Part shown: piece after piece, positions 23,381-36,431 of the stretch
Layout of the letters: every line of letters starts with the position of its first letter
Position numbering within the stretch: the stretch's first letter is position 1
NCBI RefSeq assembly: GCF_964188315.1
Contig: NC_135667.1
Span: forward strand, 25,978,001 to 26,042,000
Length of the DNA: 64,000 nucleotides
Reading direction: 5' to 3'
Source of the DNA: Podarcis muralis
Taxonomy: Eukaryota
Translations under genes and position numbers: made by a program
Notes under the pieces: generated by a model
What the model was told of the DNA's origin: nothing
What the model saw: the letters and a program-made list of their open reading frames with translations, nothing else
The model's database searches: none

Positions 23381-24405
23381 GAATCATTTATTTTCTGGGG
23401 AATAAGGAAAATATTTTTGAATAACACTGTTAGTGTAATCCTATGACTTGGAAGAAAGCCCTACAGAACACATAGCATGATTTACTTCCAAATTAACATG
23501 CATATGATTGTATGATTGTACTTTACAAGTTAAAAAGCCCCTTGTTCTCCAGGGGAGACTAGCATTTAAGAATAAAATTAAAAGCCCATGCTTCTCCAGG
23601 AAAAAAAGAAGTTATTGCTTTGTTTTTAATTTAGCCTTTCTATGGGACAGCACCAGCACTCCAGCGTTTCCATATATTTTTATCTGAGTACATTCATTTA
23701 ACTTGATGTAATGACTAGAATTGCTTCCATCCTGTGTAAGTCTATATACTGGGTTCAGTAGAAGTTTTTTTTTTTTTTTTTTTTTTTTTGTAGTTATGAA
23801 CTAAAGGTTGCAATGTCAATAGGTTAGATCCACAGAAAGATCTTCTGAATAATAAGAGTGTTTTAAAAAGCCCTGATGGATAAGAGCAAAGTCTTATTTC
23901 ATAATTTGTATAAATGCCCTTTCCTAAATAGATAAATAAATCTACTTTCCAAATAGCTTCTCATAATTTTCAGTGGCAAACAAGTGAAAAATGTTTGTTA
24001 TTTATTTAAAAGCATAAAAAACAAATTATTTATAATTTGATGAGTACAATGGTGTTCATGGTGTGCTGCAAAAGTATTGAATTTATTATATATTTTTGTT
24101 CTATTCTTCCTAGAAAACAAATATACATTTTTTTCCTTTATTTTCAGCAGTTTTATTACAAATTTTAAAATCTTGTTCTAATCAGTGTAAATAGTGCCAT
24201 ATGGCCTCTATATTGGAATAGATAGATATGAAGGTTGCTAAATTGGGAGAAAGTTCTACTGAACTCCATAGAACCCACTTTCTAGTAAATATACATACCG
24301 GTAATACAAACAGCATATTTGAAGCATTTTATATCATATTTGCATTTCACTTTATTTTCTCTAGTTGTACTTCTAAGTAACAAAGATCCATATCAGCACA
24401 CAAGG

Positions 24406-24414
24406 ACTTACCAT
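24406..24414 (-). other. Candidate splice donor directly preceded by ATG (gaaagcATG|GTAAGT)
   Basis: ATG at 24414-24412, consensus GTAAGT at 24411-24406; inference only. Confidence 0.45.
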
Positions 24415-25199
24415 GCTTTCCTTTGAAGGATCCTACCAAATCCAGATTTTGCATGGCAACAGTTGAAAAATGAGAAACCCTTTTCCTTTTTGGAGGATAG
24501 ATTGTAAATAAATCATTGCGCCAAAATTAAGTCTGCACTGGCAAAAAAATGTTTTCTGATTGGCAAGACTTGACTGTTTTCACCAACAGTCTGCAGTCTG
24601 CATTACAGATGAATGCAAAGCTTTTCCTGGTGGAGTAGATAGTCTATAGTGTCAAACAGTTTTATCCTGTACCAGTCTAAGATGCTGTATTAGATCACTG
24701 GGGGAAAGGCAAATGACATTTACTAAACATAGGCAACAACACTTTTGGGTTTCCAGGAAAGCTTGTAAAGTTTTTTTTCAAAGATATGGCGCATGGAAAT
24801 ATGCAATTAGGGCACTTCCAGCTGTCACTATTAAAGTTCAATTAAAGTTCATTTGATGTTCTTTGCAATGAACTCACTTTTGTTTTGCTTTTTTAAAAGG
24901 ACTTTAAAAGTGACAGGAAAACATACTGGAAAGTGTGGGATAACAATTGCTGAGTGCAATGTCTTATAACCTCCCTGCAAATAAATTGGCATGAATGTGA
25001 AATAAATACATGTGCAATGATGTCATCTAACCTCACTGCAGAACATGTGCAAAACAGACACTTCTCTGAAACCCTGAAGAGCTTCTGCTGGTCAATGGGG
25101 ATTGGTTTAATTTTAGTATAGTAATTTTTGATTATTATTTTAAAAATTCTTTTTTTCCCTTTTTGAATAGTTTGTGTAGTTTTTTATAGTTCTGTCTTA

Positions 25200-25990
25200 A
25201 AGGGAGAGGGTCAGGGCTGCCTGGGAGTGGGCCTCAGCCAACAGAATGGCTGAGGCAGGTTCCATGGGGGGCGGGGGGGATGCACTGGGACACCCGATCT
25301 CCGTGATCTCAGGTAGGAGGAGGAGTTATGCTAAGACCAGACCACGTCATTATCAAGGAGGCAGGTTTAGTCGTTGTTTGAAGACTATCCCTGCCTCTGG
25401 GCAACCTATTGGGAAGACCCAGTTCTCTGAGTGCATGTTCTGGAAGTTGGGCAGAGTGGTACATGCTTTGGTTATCTCCCGCTTGGACTACTGCAGTGCA
25501 CTCTATGTGGGACTACCTTTGAAGGTGACCCGGAAACTACAACTAATCCATAATGCGGCAGCTAGACTGGTGACTGGGAGCAGCCATCGAGACCACATAA
25601 CACCGGTCTTGAAAGACCTACATTGGCTCCCCATATGTTTCTGAGCACAATTCAAAGTGTTGGTGATAAAGCCCTAAATGGCTTCAGCCCAGTATACCTG
25701 AAGGAGCATCTCCACCCCCATCATTCTGCCTGGACACTGACGTCCAGTGCCGAGGGCCTTCTGGCGGTTCCCTCACTGCAAGAAGAAAAGTTACAGGGAA
25801 CCAGGCAGAGGGCCTTCTCGGTAGTGGTGGCCGCCCTGTGGAACGCCTTCCGATCAGATGTCAAAGAAATAAACAACTACCTGACGTTTAGACGACATCT
25901 GAAGGCAGCCCTGTTGATGTTTTAATGTACTTTTAAACTTTTGCTGAAAGCCACCCAGAGTAGCTGGGGAAACCCAGCAGGATTGGTGGC

Positions 25991-26024
<34 letters not shown>
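25200..26024 (+). mobile_element. L2-type LINE remnant (ORF2 C-terminus and 3' end, probably internally deleted), (AAT)n tail
   Basis: VVHALVISRLDYCSALYVGLP...NAAARLVTG...HITPVLKDLHWLPI translation; (AAT)n at about 25993-26024. Confidence 0.85.
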
Positions 26025-26025
<1 letters not shown>

Positions 26026-26225
26026 TGACAATATGAGCTAGTTGTACTGGTGCTCTAACTTAGTATAAGGCAGCTTGCTATTATATTTTTCTTTCACTAT
26101 ACATTGCACAGAAGATTTTACTGACTTGATTTTAATTCTTGTGAGCATCCCCCCATCTATTAAATAAATAAACACATACATGAACGTCAAAAATTTATTC
26201 ACTGGAAATAAGATGGACAATAGCG

Positions 26226-26269
<44 letters not shown>

Positions 26270-27351
26270 CCATCAACCTGAGATCACAAGGCAGATTGCA
26301 ACAATTAAAACACATTGTTAAAAACAGCTTAAAACAACTTCCAAAGGTTCTAAAAATATACATTTCAGGTGTGTCAGATTATCAGAAGGGGAAAACATGG
26401 ACTGAATCCTGTGCTTAGTGGTACTCAGAGTAGACCCATTGAAATTAATGGACATGGTTAACATAGGTAAAACTTGCTTAGCTAAAACTCACTGTTTCTT
26501 TTTTTGTTGACATACCACAATTGCTGGGATTTGTCTTTCAAGGAGGTGCAGAATATATCCAGCATTGCTGATTTTGCCATTTTATTTCAAGCATGTTCAT
26601 TTAATTAAATTTCTCCGCTATAAGACTCTGAAGTGTGTAACCCAAATTCAAAAACACTGGAGAACTGTTCAGGCATTCAGCCTGATCGTGCAAAGGCAAA
26701 GTGCATGCAGGGGGACACCACACCTGTCCCCATTTCCCTTGCACTGCCAGGTGTACCGCCTTTACCCCTGACTTTCAAAGATCTTAACAGTGCTTCTAAA
26801 TATGTTCAGCTGAATTTTCTTAGAAACCTCCTCATTACAATTTCCAGTTGTAAAGAGGCTTAAAAGTGAATCTAGCTGATTATGCTTAGGGCAACCTTCA
26901 TACCTTTCCAGCCAACACACAAAGATTGGGTACAACAACATGCCTAGTATTCAGGGGTTAAGGGTTGCAGTGTATTCCTATGTCCCACATACACATTTAG
27001 TCCTTATGTGATCAGGCTGAACACCCACATAAGGCATTATGATGCAATCCATACATTTCTACTTGTAAGTCCTACTGTGTTCAGTGGGGCTAGCTCTCAG
27101 GTAAGTTGGTATAGTCAATGGTCACAACATTGTAAATAATGAAACAGCATAAATGAGACAAACCAAGAGTAAGTTTGACAGAAGAGTTTTCAGAATGGCA
27201 AATGATCAAAACTTAAAATCAACCAGATCCCCATATCAAGTAGATTAAAAAGAAATCCCCTAGATGGGTATAGGACTGCAGCTTTCTTTTGTTTTCCACT
27301 ATCTAACAGTTTATGGTGTCCTGTATTCCAACACCCAACTTCATCAGTTCC

Positions 27352-28275
27352 TTAAACTGATAGAGTCTTCCTCAGTGCATCTTTTACTTCCTTATTCCTG
27401 AGGCAATATATTAGAGGGTTCAGAAGGGGCACTACTACAGTGTACAGCACTGACACCACTTTGTTGGAGTTGTAGGCATACATCGCTTTGGGCCGAGCGT
27501 AGGTGAAGAGTGTGGTAGAGTAGAACAGCACCACAACGGTGAGATGGGAACTGCAGGTGGAGAAAGCTTTCTTTCTGCCTTGAGCTGAAGGGATCTTCAA
27601 CACCGTTGAGATGATATAGATGTAGGACAGCACAACAACACAGAGTGGGACCATGATAACCATAAGAGCTAGGATAAAATCTGCCAGCTCAGCCATGGAA
27701 GAATCTGTGCAGGATACATTCAAGAGAGGTGAAATGTCACAGAAATAGTGGTTGATCTTGTCAGTGCCACAGTATTTCAGCCGACCAATGAAGCTAAGCT
27801 TGATTGCAGAGGTAATTAAGCCGCACGTCCAGCATCCCGCTGAGAGCCGAGCACATAAACTATTACTCATGATAGCTGGATACCGCAGTGGGTAGCAGAT
27901 GGCCAAATACCGGTCATAAGCCATAACAGCCAGAAGGATGTATTCAGTGCACACAAATGTGACAAAGAAATACAGTTGTGTCAAGCAGCCTTGGAAGGAG
28001 ATACGCTTGTCTTGTGTGAGGAAATCTGCCAGCATCTTAGGGACAATGATTGTGACATACCAGAATTCAAGGAAAGAGAGGTTGCACAGAAAGTAGTACA
28101 TGGGCTTGTGAAGGCTGTTGTTCAGCCAAACAACTATGATGATGATGAGATTTTCCAGTAGGGTCAGCAGGTAGCTAAGTATGAACAGGACAAAAAGAAG
28201 AATCTGAAGCTCTGCAGCGCTGGGAAATCCCAGAAGGATGAAATAGGGGACATTTGTCTGGTTGGTTTCTTCCAT
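27352..28275 (-). CDS. OR6Y1: Olfactory receptor, OR6Y1-like, 307 aa
   Basis: Intact OR motifs; recalled OR6Y1 signatures [57 protein letters not shown]. Confidence 0.95.
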   Translation of the reverse strand: MEETNQTNVPYFILLGFPSAAELQILLFVLFILSYLLTLLENLIIIIVVWLNNSLHKPMYYFLCNLSFLEFWYVTIIVPKMLADFLTQDKRISFQGCLTQLYFFVTFVCTEYILLAVMAYDRYLAICYPLRYPAIMSNSLCARLSAGCWTCGLITSAIKLSFIGRLKYCGTDKINHYFCDISPLLNVSCTDSSMAELADFILALMVIMVPLCVVVLSYIYIISTVLKIPSAQGRKKAFSTCSSHLTVVVLFYSTTLFTYARPKAMYAYNSNKVVSVLYTVVVPLLNPLIYCLRNKEVKDALRKTLSV

Positions 28276-31200
28276 TCTTGAATGCAGGGTACTTGCAAGA
28301 ACAAGAAGGAAGAGATGTCATACAGCATCTATTAACCCCCTTTTTTTGCACCTTAAAAATACATAATAATGATGATCAGTGCTTTTTCTCTAGAAAAATA
28401 GGTGCCAGTACTCACCATGAAGTTGTTATAGTAAGTCTCACACTTTTTAACAATAAAAAGAGTTGTCAGTACTGCGTACCCTTGAGTACCCCCTGGGGGA
28501 AAAAACACATTGATGATATCAATAATATTAAACCTTTCATGCATATAACCCATTTTGATTAAAAACAAAAAAGTACTAAAAGCTGGTAAATAATTCTGCT
28601 GTGTATTTATTTATTACTTATACTGGGAAGTGGGGGTAGATAAATCTCTCAATTTAAATTTACCTATCTTTTCTCCCACCCACTCCACTTTAATTCTCCA
28701 CATTTCTATATCACTTTGAAGGACTGTGAGGAAGGTAAGGCTGAGAGGCAGGTCATGGCTGAACATCACCCAAAGCACTTCATGCCCAAGGTGGGATATG
28801 AAACCTGGTTTCCCAGAGCCTAGTCCCTGATAAACCACACTGGCTCCCACACTGTACTAGTTTGATATATGTATGTGTGTGGGGGTTTGGATTGCAGCCT
28901 AATACTGTAAAACTTAGGGCACTTACAGCCTGTTGCTGTTTTGGGTTGGCATTCAATGACAAACCAACATACTCAGGTTGTACAATTGAAATGGATATGC
29001 GGTTGCACTGCTGCACAACAAGCCTTCTAGCCTCCAAGATCAGACTTGCTGCAATAAGGAAAGCAGCGGGAAAATGCACTCAGAATCGTGAAATAAGACT
29101 TGTTTGAGGCAATGTGGCATAGCACCCCCACAAACAAATCAGAATCAATGCTCAGCAAATTGCTGATGCAATCAAAACTCCATGCAAATTTTGTGGCGGG
29201 GAGAAGGGGATGAATGCTTAATAAACAGGTCACCTGAAAGTTACCTTTCTTTTGGAATAAATTATGTTGAAACCATCAGGATTTTCTCCCACGTAAGTCT
29301 GTCTCTGAGTGCAAAGTTGGAACTGGCTCTGTTGCATTCATAAATCAGTTTTTAGTCAAGCCCCATCACAGTTTACTATAGAACCAAGGAGAATTTCAGA
29401 GGGGAAAATGTGCTTTGTTGTTGTTGCCCACAACAAAATAAATCTCATCCAAATTTCTCCCCAGATTCCAGAGTTTCAATTACTTGGCCTTGTTCCAAAT
29501 GTGTACACCAAGTACTATGCATTTCTGAGGACTGGCCACGTTGACTGGGACTGATGGGAGTTGGAACCCAACAATATCTGAAAGGTCATGGGTTCCCCAT
29601 TCTTACACTACACTATACCAGCTAAACTGCATCGACATCAGCAGACATTATTTGAATGGGCATAAAAATACTAAGCAAATGCATTTACTGTGTTTAGCTT
29701 CTCTAGCCTATCTGTGCCTGAACTATCTTAATATATGCATATGCAGGTATAAATTTCCTGTAGCTTATATTTAATAACCAATCAAAACATTATGCACAGA
29801 TTTGTAGAAGTAAAGAATGCAATTCACCTATTATGTGTCCAGGTAAGTTTTTTGCCTCCGTGTTCATATGCAGCTGCATACAAAGAACTTCTATTAAATA
29901 GATTTCTTCCACTGTGGCCATGTGCATGTCCCACCTTGGGACTAGGCCTGAAAATCAGCAGTTCCCTCCCAAGGGTAGTAGCCTCAGAAGATATCTCCCC
30001 ACCACTCCCTCATTCCAGTCATATTCTTCCCTTTTTCTTCCTTCCTTGTAATTTATAACTGAGTTTAGAGATCACAGCTGTAAGGGGGGGGGGTACAACT
30101 AGACCATGGAAAAGATAGCACTGATTTAACACAAGGACATATCATAAAAATGCATTGTCTAAATAAAAATAATCTAAGATATTGACAACTTTATAAAAAT
30201 GGTGGATTTTTAAGACTGCAGTGTTCTCAGTTTTTCCACATCTAAAAAAGAATAAAACACATTCATAAAATAAAACTCAGTTGCTTAAAGGGGACATCTT
30301 ACATCAAGTCAGAGCAATCAGGTTATTGGCAGCTTCTTTTGAAACTGGCAGTGAGCAGTGTTTGTATTAATTCAGCATTCCATGCTCCTCAGCTTGATCC
30401 TCATCAGCTACTGACTCATGTCCAACAAGGCTTGTTTTCAGCCTGAGTCCCAGCAGTTGGTTTCAGGTTACCTCCCCACCACCAATAATTCTTCTGGCAT
30501 TGTAGTGGGGAACCTCAAACCCTTCAATCCTCTCCACTTGGTCTTCAGAACTATGACCATCCCTTGAGTTGTGAAGAGACTTCTTGCTTGCCTGGATGAA
30601 GAGTGGTCTCTGTGTGACCATACCCACTTCTGCCTCGTCCACAATTTGTATACAACCTATAGAAGGCAGCCTATCGGGAACACTACTTAGTGATTTTGGC
30701 AATTAATTGGTATATAAAATAAACAAACAAACAACCAAACATGCATCTCAGGCTGAAAATGGTTTTCCTCACTTTTGTAAGATAATCATGTCTCCCTCTT
30801 AAAATTGATTCTTTCCCAGCTGCCACCCCAACTGTCATCTCAGGTTCTACACTTCTGTTAAGAGTCTGCCAGACTGAAAGCTGCACCTGAGGGGTGGGGA
30901 GTGCACACTGAAGGAGAAGGGAGGGTTTTTAGGTGGGGAGCAGGATTTAGCTTCAATAAGCTGCACTTAATGTTCCCCACTCCCTCCAAGCCTGATGACC
31001 ACAGAAGGGTGGCTGAGCAGATTCAGGGGGCTGTGGAGATGGTTGCAGGGTGGGGGACATGCCACTTTTTTGCCTTTAGCTGCAAGTGCTGGTCCTGTGG
31101 CATGGACAAATTGATTGAAGGACACTAAGAGGTGCCTGAGCCTAGAGAGGGAGCTAGTTGTCTAGGGAATGGCCCACTGGCCAGCCAGTTTTGAGGGGCA

Positions 31201-31931
31201 CATTCGTGGCACCCTGCAAGCCCAGTGTCATTTTCTGAGATTTGCAAAAATAGCGCTGGGTTCACAGGATGCCGTGAGCTGTTGTGTCCTTCTCTGGCAC
31301 CTTCCAGCTTTCCTTCCTCCTCACAGCTAGAGGGGGGCTGAGAAGGACAGCTCACGATGCCCTGTGCCACCCAAAAAACTGTGCCCAGAGTGATAGCCCC
31401 CAGTCCACCCTACCCCCCCATCTCCACCTGTACGGCGAATAGATACATAAAGAGAGTTCAGGAAATGGGGTGACATCACAGAAAATGCCCCATCCCTGTA
31501 AGTCACCTGTTTTCTCCTAATCTTCTGGGCAGAGGGGTGTTCAGAATAGGGTCTTCCACAAAGATTGTACAACCATGTTTTAAAAGTTCAAATTTTAAAA
31601 TTATTATTTCAACCCACCCACCCCGTCCCCATGAATCGTGGTTATTATAGTCAATCACCATTACCCAAGGATCTTTAGAGCCCTAAACCCTGGCATTCCC
31701 CTTCAGTTCAGGTCTCAAACTATGCCAGACCTGGCATGGCATAGTAATTCCCCCCTCCCCCATTGTGGCCAATAGAAGGCTTCCTTTCTTTTCTCCAATT
31801 TCTCATTTTCAATTTTAAGCTTTCCTGCTGAGAGAGTTATGGGCCTAGCCTTCTCAGAACCTAATCAAATTCAATAAACAAAACAAAATGTTAAGTTTAA
31901 CACGTTGAGCTTTCTGTGTTTACTCAAGTTC

Positions 31932-32193
31932 CAGGGATCAGCAAACTTTTTCAGCAGGGGGCCGGTCCACTGTCCCTCAGACCTTGTGGGGGCCCAGACT
32001 ATATTTTTTTTTGGGGGGGGGGGAGGGAAATGAATGAATTCCTATGTCCCACAAATAACCCAGAGATGCATTTTAAATAAAAGCACACATTCTACTCATG
32101 TAAAAACACACTGATTCCTGGACCGCCTGCGGGCCGGATTTAGAAGGCGATTGGGCCGGATTTGGCCCCCATGCCTTAGTTTGTCTATCCATG
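31932..32193. mobile_element. hAT (Charlie-like) MITE
   Basis: Ends cagggatcagcaaact / agtttgtctatccatg with internal gggccggat motifs; TSD not preserved. Confidence 0.55.
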
Positions 32194-32613
32194 CTCCAAA
32201 ATATCACGAAATTATAGCTATTAAGGAACAACCCCTTAAAAAGTCCATTACTTAGTTAGTATTGATATGGTATCGTATTGTATCGTACCCTATGATTTGT
32301 TCCAACTTCATCACTATATTGGAGTCAAACTGCTGAACCCAAGTCCTAGATTTGCCTGTTCACTGGAATAGATTAATGGAATCCATGCAATTTAAGCCAT
32401 CATAAAGCAGAAGCAACTGCCAACAAGGTGACCTACTTCTGAATATTCAAGAAAATTTCACTAGGCAAACCATTTATGCTGAAGCCAATGCATTTAACAT
32501 GACTCGTAATAGTCATTCATTCATTTTAGTCATTTATACCTCACATTTTAGGACCCAAATCCTCATAGCAAACCCTAAACTAATATTCAGTTAAAACAAT
32601 ATGAAACTGAAAC

Positions 32614-32782
32614 CAGTGGCGTAGCGTGGGGGGTGCAGGAGGGGCCGGCCGCACCGGGCGCAACATCTGGGGGTTAGGGTTAGGGTGCGCAAATCCACGG
32701 GTTACGGGGCGCAAATCCATGGGTTAGGGGGTGCAAATTACTTGCCTTGCCCCGGGTGCTGACAACCCACGCTACGCCACTG
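32614..32782. mobile_element. hAT MITE, 169 bp, with internal GGGTTA-containing 23-nt repeats
   Basis: Perfect 17-bp TIR cagtggcgtagcgtggg / cccacgctacgccactg; flanks actgaaac / attgaaac (7 of 8 TSD match). Confidence 0.85.
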
Positions 32783-34959
32783 ATTGAAACATAAAGTACT
32801 AAATCAATAGACATCAATTCCATTAAGTGGTACTTGTGTCTAATTGCTTTCTTACAAACTGTTAGTCCCAAGTAGGTGAGCCCTAAAATAGAGTTTACTT
32901 TGTCTCACTGGAAAGGGTGCTTCAGAGCTTCTGATTACAACATCCAAGGGAGTTTATTCTTCCTCTCGCTCTTTTCCCATTGTTAACGTCTAATTTAGAT
33001 TATGGGGAGGGGAGTAATAGACAGGGGTTCTACCAAGTTAAGAAGCTCTGAGGGACAAGGTTCTGATGAGGCTTCAGGTGCTGTTTATATGAATATATCA
33101 AGCTATGACAGAGCTCGGCCAATTCCAAGCAGGTGAAAATCTTCCCACAGTTACTGGACTGAGCAGAATTAAACGTTCTACGTTACTGAAAGAATAAAGG
33201 GCAGGCCAAACAACAGACCAGAGGTTTTGATAGTTTGTAGCTGAAGCCTGTTCATGTTTGCATGTTATATTCCAAACTTCTACTTGTTTGCTCTACTTTA
33301 TATCCTGTATTTTCTCTCTCTCTCACCACCCTTAAGAAAGCACTATAGTGGAAGCTCCATTCAAATACTCCATCAGAAATTCCAGACACTCTTGTCCACT
33401 GCATGTTGTGAGTACAAACTTTTATTTCCTGAATTTGACGTAGTTTGTTTGTGAAGCCTAGACAAATGTTAATTTTTGTGTGGCATGTGCTTATTTATAT
33501 TTTTCTTTATGTTGCGCTGAGAAACCTGTGGCCTTCCAGATGTCATTGGACTCCACATCCCATCAGCCCCAGCCAACATGGCTAATGGTCAGGGATGGTG
33601 GGGTCTGTAGTCCAGAAACATCTGGAGGGGTGGAGTTTCCCTGCTCCTGGTTTACAGGAGTGTGCAGGCTCACCTTCCACTCAATTGATATGCTTATTTT
33701 ATTTCATTTGAGGCAGTATTCATAGTCAAATTGAAACGCTTACACATTTCCAACAAGCATGGCTTGTTTTGTTCCAAAAACAAAGCTGAGTTCCAACAAC
33801 ATCTGGATCAAGGCTAACATATCTAAGTCCTTTTGAAATAAATGTGAAAAGTTATCCTTGGCTTATTTTAACTCCCACTGGTTTCCAAACCTATGCAAAT
33901 CTACCTGAGATAAAGTCCTTTTGAGCACAGTGAGACTTGCTTCCAAGTAAACAGGAATGGTTTTGCAATTCATATCTCAATCAAGCCTGGTGTTTTCTAG
34001 TTAAGAAGTATATTTTTAATGATAACTTGGGAAAAAGTAAGGACTTGTCAAAACCGTAACGTATGGTTGTATCCAATGAAGTTATCCCATTAGCACAAGG
34101 ACGTCCACTTGTCTCTCACTGCATCCAGAAGTACTTATGCCAGGTTCAACAACTTTGGTTGGCCCTCACAAATGTTCACTTCATCAAATCTCTTTGAAAA
34201 AAGTTTGGGCACCGCTGGCTTATGCTAACAGAACTTAATTGGATACAGCCTTTAGGCTGCAATCCTAGCCCCACTTACTTGGGAGTAAGCCCAAGTAGAT
34301 ATTGTTAGGCTTGTAATGTTAAATGTCAAATAACTAAGCAAGTGAGATGCACCTCATTGCCAGTCTCATGCACAAGAAAATGTGGAGCAAAATCCATCCA
34401 AGCACAGGCACTGAAGTATGTGCACTCTGAACTCAACAGGACTATTGCATATTAGATCAGATCATGCCCATAACTATGAAAATGCCATGCTGCCTAAACA
34501 CTTGACTTGATCCTGAGATCAAACTGTAAACTGAAAGTGTAATGTGATCTAAAAGTAAAGTATGCACAACTTGGCATAAACATTGTTTCACTGTACTTGG
34601 TGCAATGGTTGCATACATTTCTCGTTTCCACCATTGGGCTAGTTTGCACATGCTTAATTACTCTGCACTTGCAGACATGGTGATTGAATGTGTGGACTGG
34701 CTGCGGAATCATGGTGTTTGAGGTAATGTGATTTGATAGAATAGTTCTGGCTGTGGAATTTGATCTGGCATGACTTGGTCACATATCATGCAAATCAACA
34801 CCTGATACTATATATGGCAATCATTTATGCGTGAACCAACTAGTGGTTATGATATTAGAATGCAGGCTTCTTACATGAATTGTTTCCTCTATATTGTATG
34901 CTTGATTTCCATTAGATAAACTTGATGAAGGTGATATATGTTATGTTGGTGGTAATAGG

Positions 34960-35160
34960 GACAGAGGAAGCTGATTCAGACAATTGATTCATCTAGCTCA
35001 GTATTTTCTACATTTCCATTGAAAGAAGTTCTCCAAAGTTTCTCTGGGACTTTCTCCAAGCAATGCAGATGTTCTACCGTTCAGTTGTGGTGACCCTTCC
35101 AGTGGATCTGTGATGACCCATTCCCATGTTGTTGTTGCGGGAAATGTCATCAGACTCAAA
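34960..35160 (-). mobile_element. CR1-like LINE 3' remnant
   Basis: Minus strand contains the tgtagaaaatactgagctagatgaatcaattgtctga tail shared with Squam-type SINE/CR1 3' ends. Confidence 0.45.
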
Positions 35161-35471
35161 TTCCCACCATTCCTCAACTGCAGCCCCCTGAATCCACTTC
35201 CAAAAGCAGGTTTAAATGCCCTCTTAGCCTGTGGAACCACATTTTGGGAAGTGGATGCAGATGTGGAGGGAAAGAGCAGAAGTACGTTCAACTTTTGCCA
35301 CTGTATTTGTTGTGAGGTATGTCATCACAATGTGGTTTGTCCTGTTCTTTCATGTATTCTGCCTTGTATTTTTAATACATTAAAATGATGTGTTGTTTTG
35401 CTAGCATAATCACCATCCACATCTTAGCATGCTTTTGTTTACTCATTGTTCTTCAGGTCATTAGATCAGGC

Positions 35472-36431
35472 ATGAAGCTGGAAAACCAGACCAGAGTCCA
35501 GGAGTTTATTCTCCTTGGTTTCCCTACTGCCATAGAATTTCAAATACTGCTCTTTGTAATATTCCTTGTTATTTACATCCTGACCCTCCTCGAGAACATT
35601 GTGATCATCACTCTGATCAGGACAAACAGCCATCTCCAAAAACCTATGTACTTTTTCCTTAGCCACCTGTCTTTCCTGGAGACCTGGTACATTTCTGTGA
35701 CTGTTCCCAAGCTCCTGGTTAACTTCCTAGCAAAGAACAAAAGCATTTCCTTTGAAGGCTGCATGGCCCAGCTCTACTTTTTCATATCCCTAGTCTGCAC
35801 TGAGTGTGTCCTCTTGGCTGTCATGGCTTATGATCGCTACATCGCCATCTGCAACCCACTGCGCTACCCAGTCATTATGAATTCCCGGCTCTGTTTGCAG
35901 TTAGCTGTGGGATCTTGGCTTGCTGGTTTCCTAATCTCAATGCTGAAAGTCTTCTTCATTTCCCGCTTGAGTTTCTGTGGACCCAACATCATCAACCATT
36001 TCTTCTGTGACATCTCACCTCTGCTGAACCTCTCCTGCACGGACAGAACTGTAGCTGAGATGGTGGACTTTGTATTTGCCCTCCTTATCCTTATAATCCC
36101 ACTGTCTGTCACTATTGGTTCCTATGTGTGCATAATAGGCACCATTTTGCGTATCCCCACAGCCAAGGGGAAAAGAAAAGCCTTTTCCACCTGTGCCTCA
36201 CACCTCACTGTGGTTATTATTTTCTACTCAGCCACTCTCTTCATGTATGCCCGACCAAGAAGAATCCATTCTTTTAATCTCAATAAGCTTGTGTCCATTG
36301 TATACACTATTGTCACCCCGATGTTGAATCCATGCATTTACTGCCTCAGGAATCAAGATGTGAAGGAAGCCATGAAAAAGATATTTTGTAGCAGGAATGC
36401 TGAAACCACGGTTACCACCAGTGACCATTAG
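35472..36431 (+). CDS. OR6B1: Olfactory receptor, OR6B1-like, 319 aa (MKLENQT...)
   Basis: [10 protein letters not shown]-terminus, [48 protein letters not shown]; acceptor gttcttcAG at 35455-35456 lies between the ORF-track start and ATG 35472. Confidence 0.93.
   Translation: MKLENQTRVQEFILLGFPTAIEFQILLFVIFLVIYILTLLENIVIITLIRTNSHLQKPMYFFLSHLSFLETWYISVTVPKLLVNFLAKNKSISFEGCMAQLYFFISLVCTECVLLAVMAYDRYIAICNPLRYPVIMNSRLCLQLAVGSWLAGFLISMLKVFFISRLSFCGPNIINHFFCDISPLLNLSCTDRTVAEMVDFVFALLILIIPLSVTIGSYVCIIGTILRIPTAKGKRKAFSTCASHLTVVIIFYSATLFMYARPRRIHSFNLNKLVSIVYTIVTPMLNPCIYCLRNQDVKEAMKKIFCSRNAETTVTTSDH

Noticed and set aside
23533-23600. Twice-repeated aaaagccc...ttctccagg motif resembling O/E (Ebf) sites
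   Set aside because: Only one copy approaches the TCCCNNGGGA consensus and it would lie mid-intron under the proposed gene model; too weak without conservation data
32668-32730. Interstitial telomere or chromosome-fusion relic
   Set aside because: Only 2-3 TTAGGG-like units, enclosed by TIRs and a TSD, so it is MITE cargo
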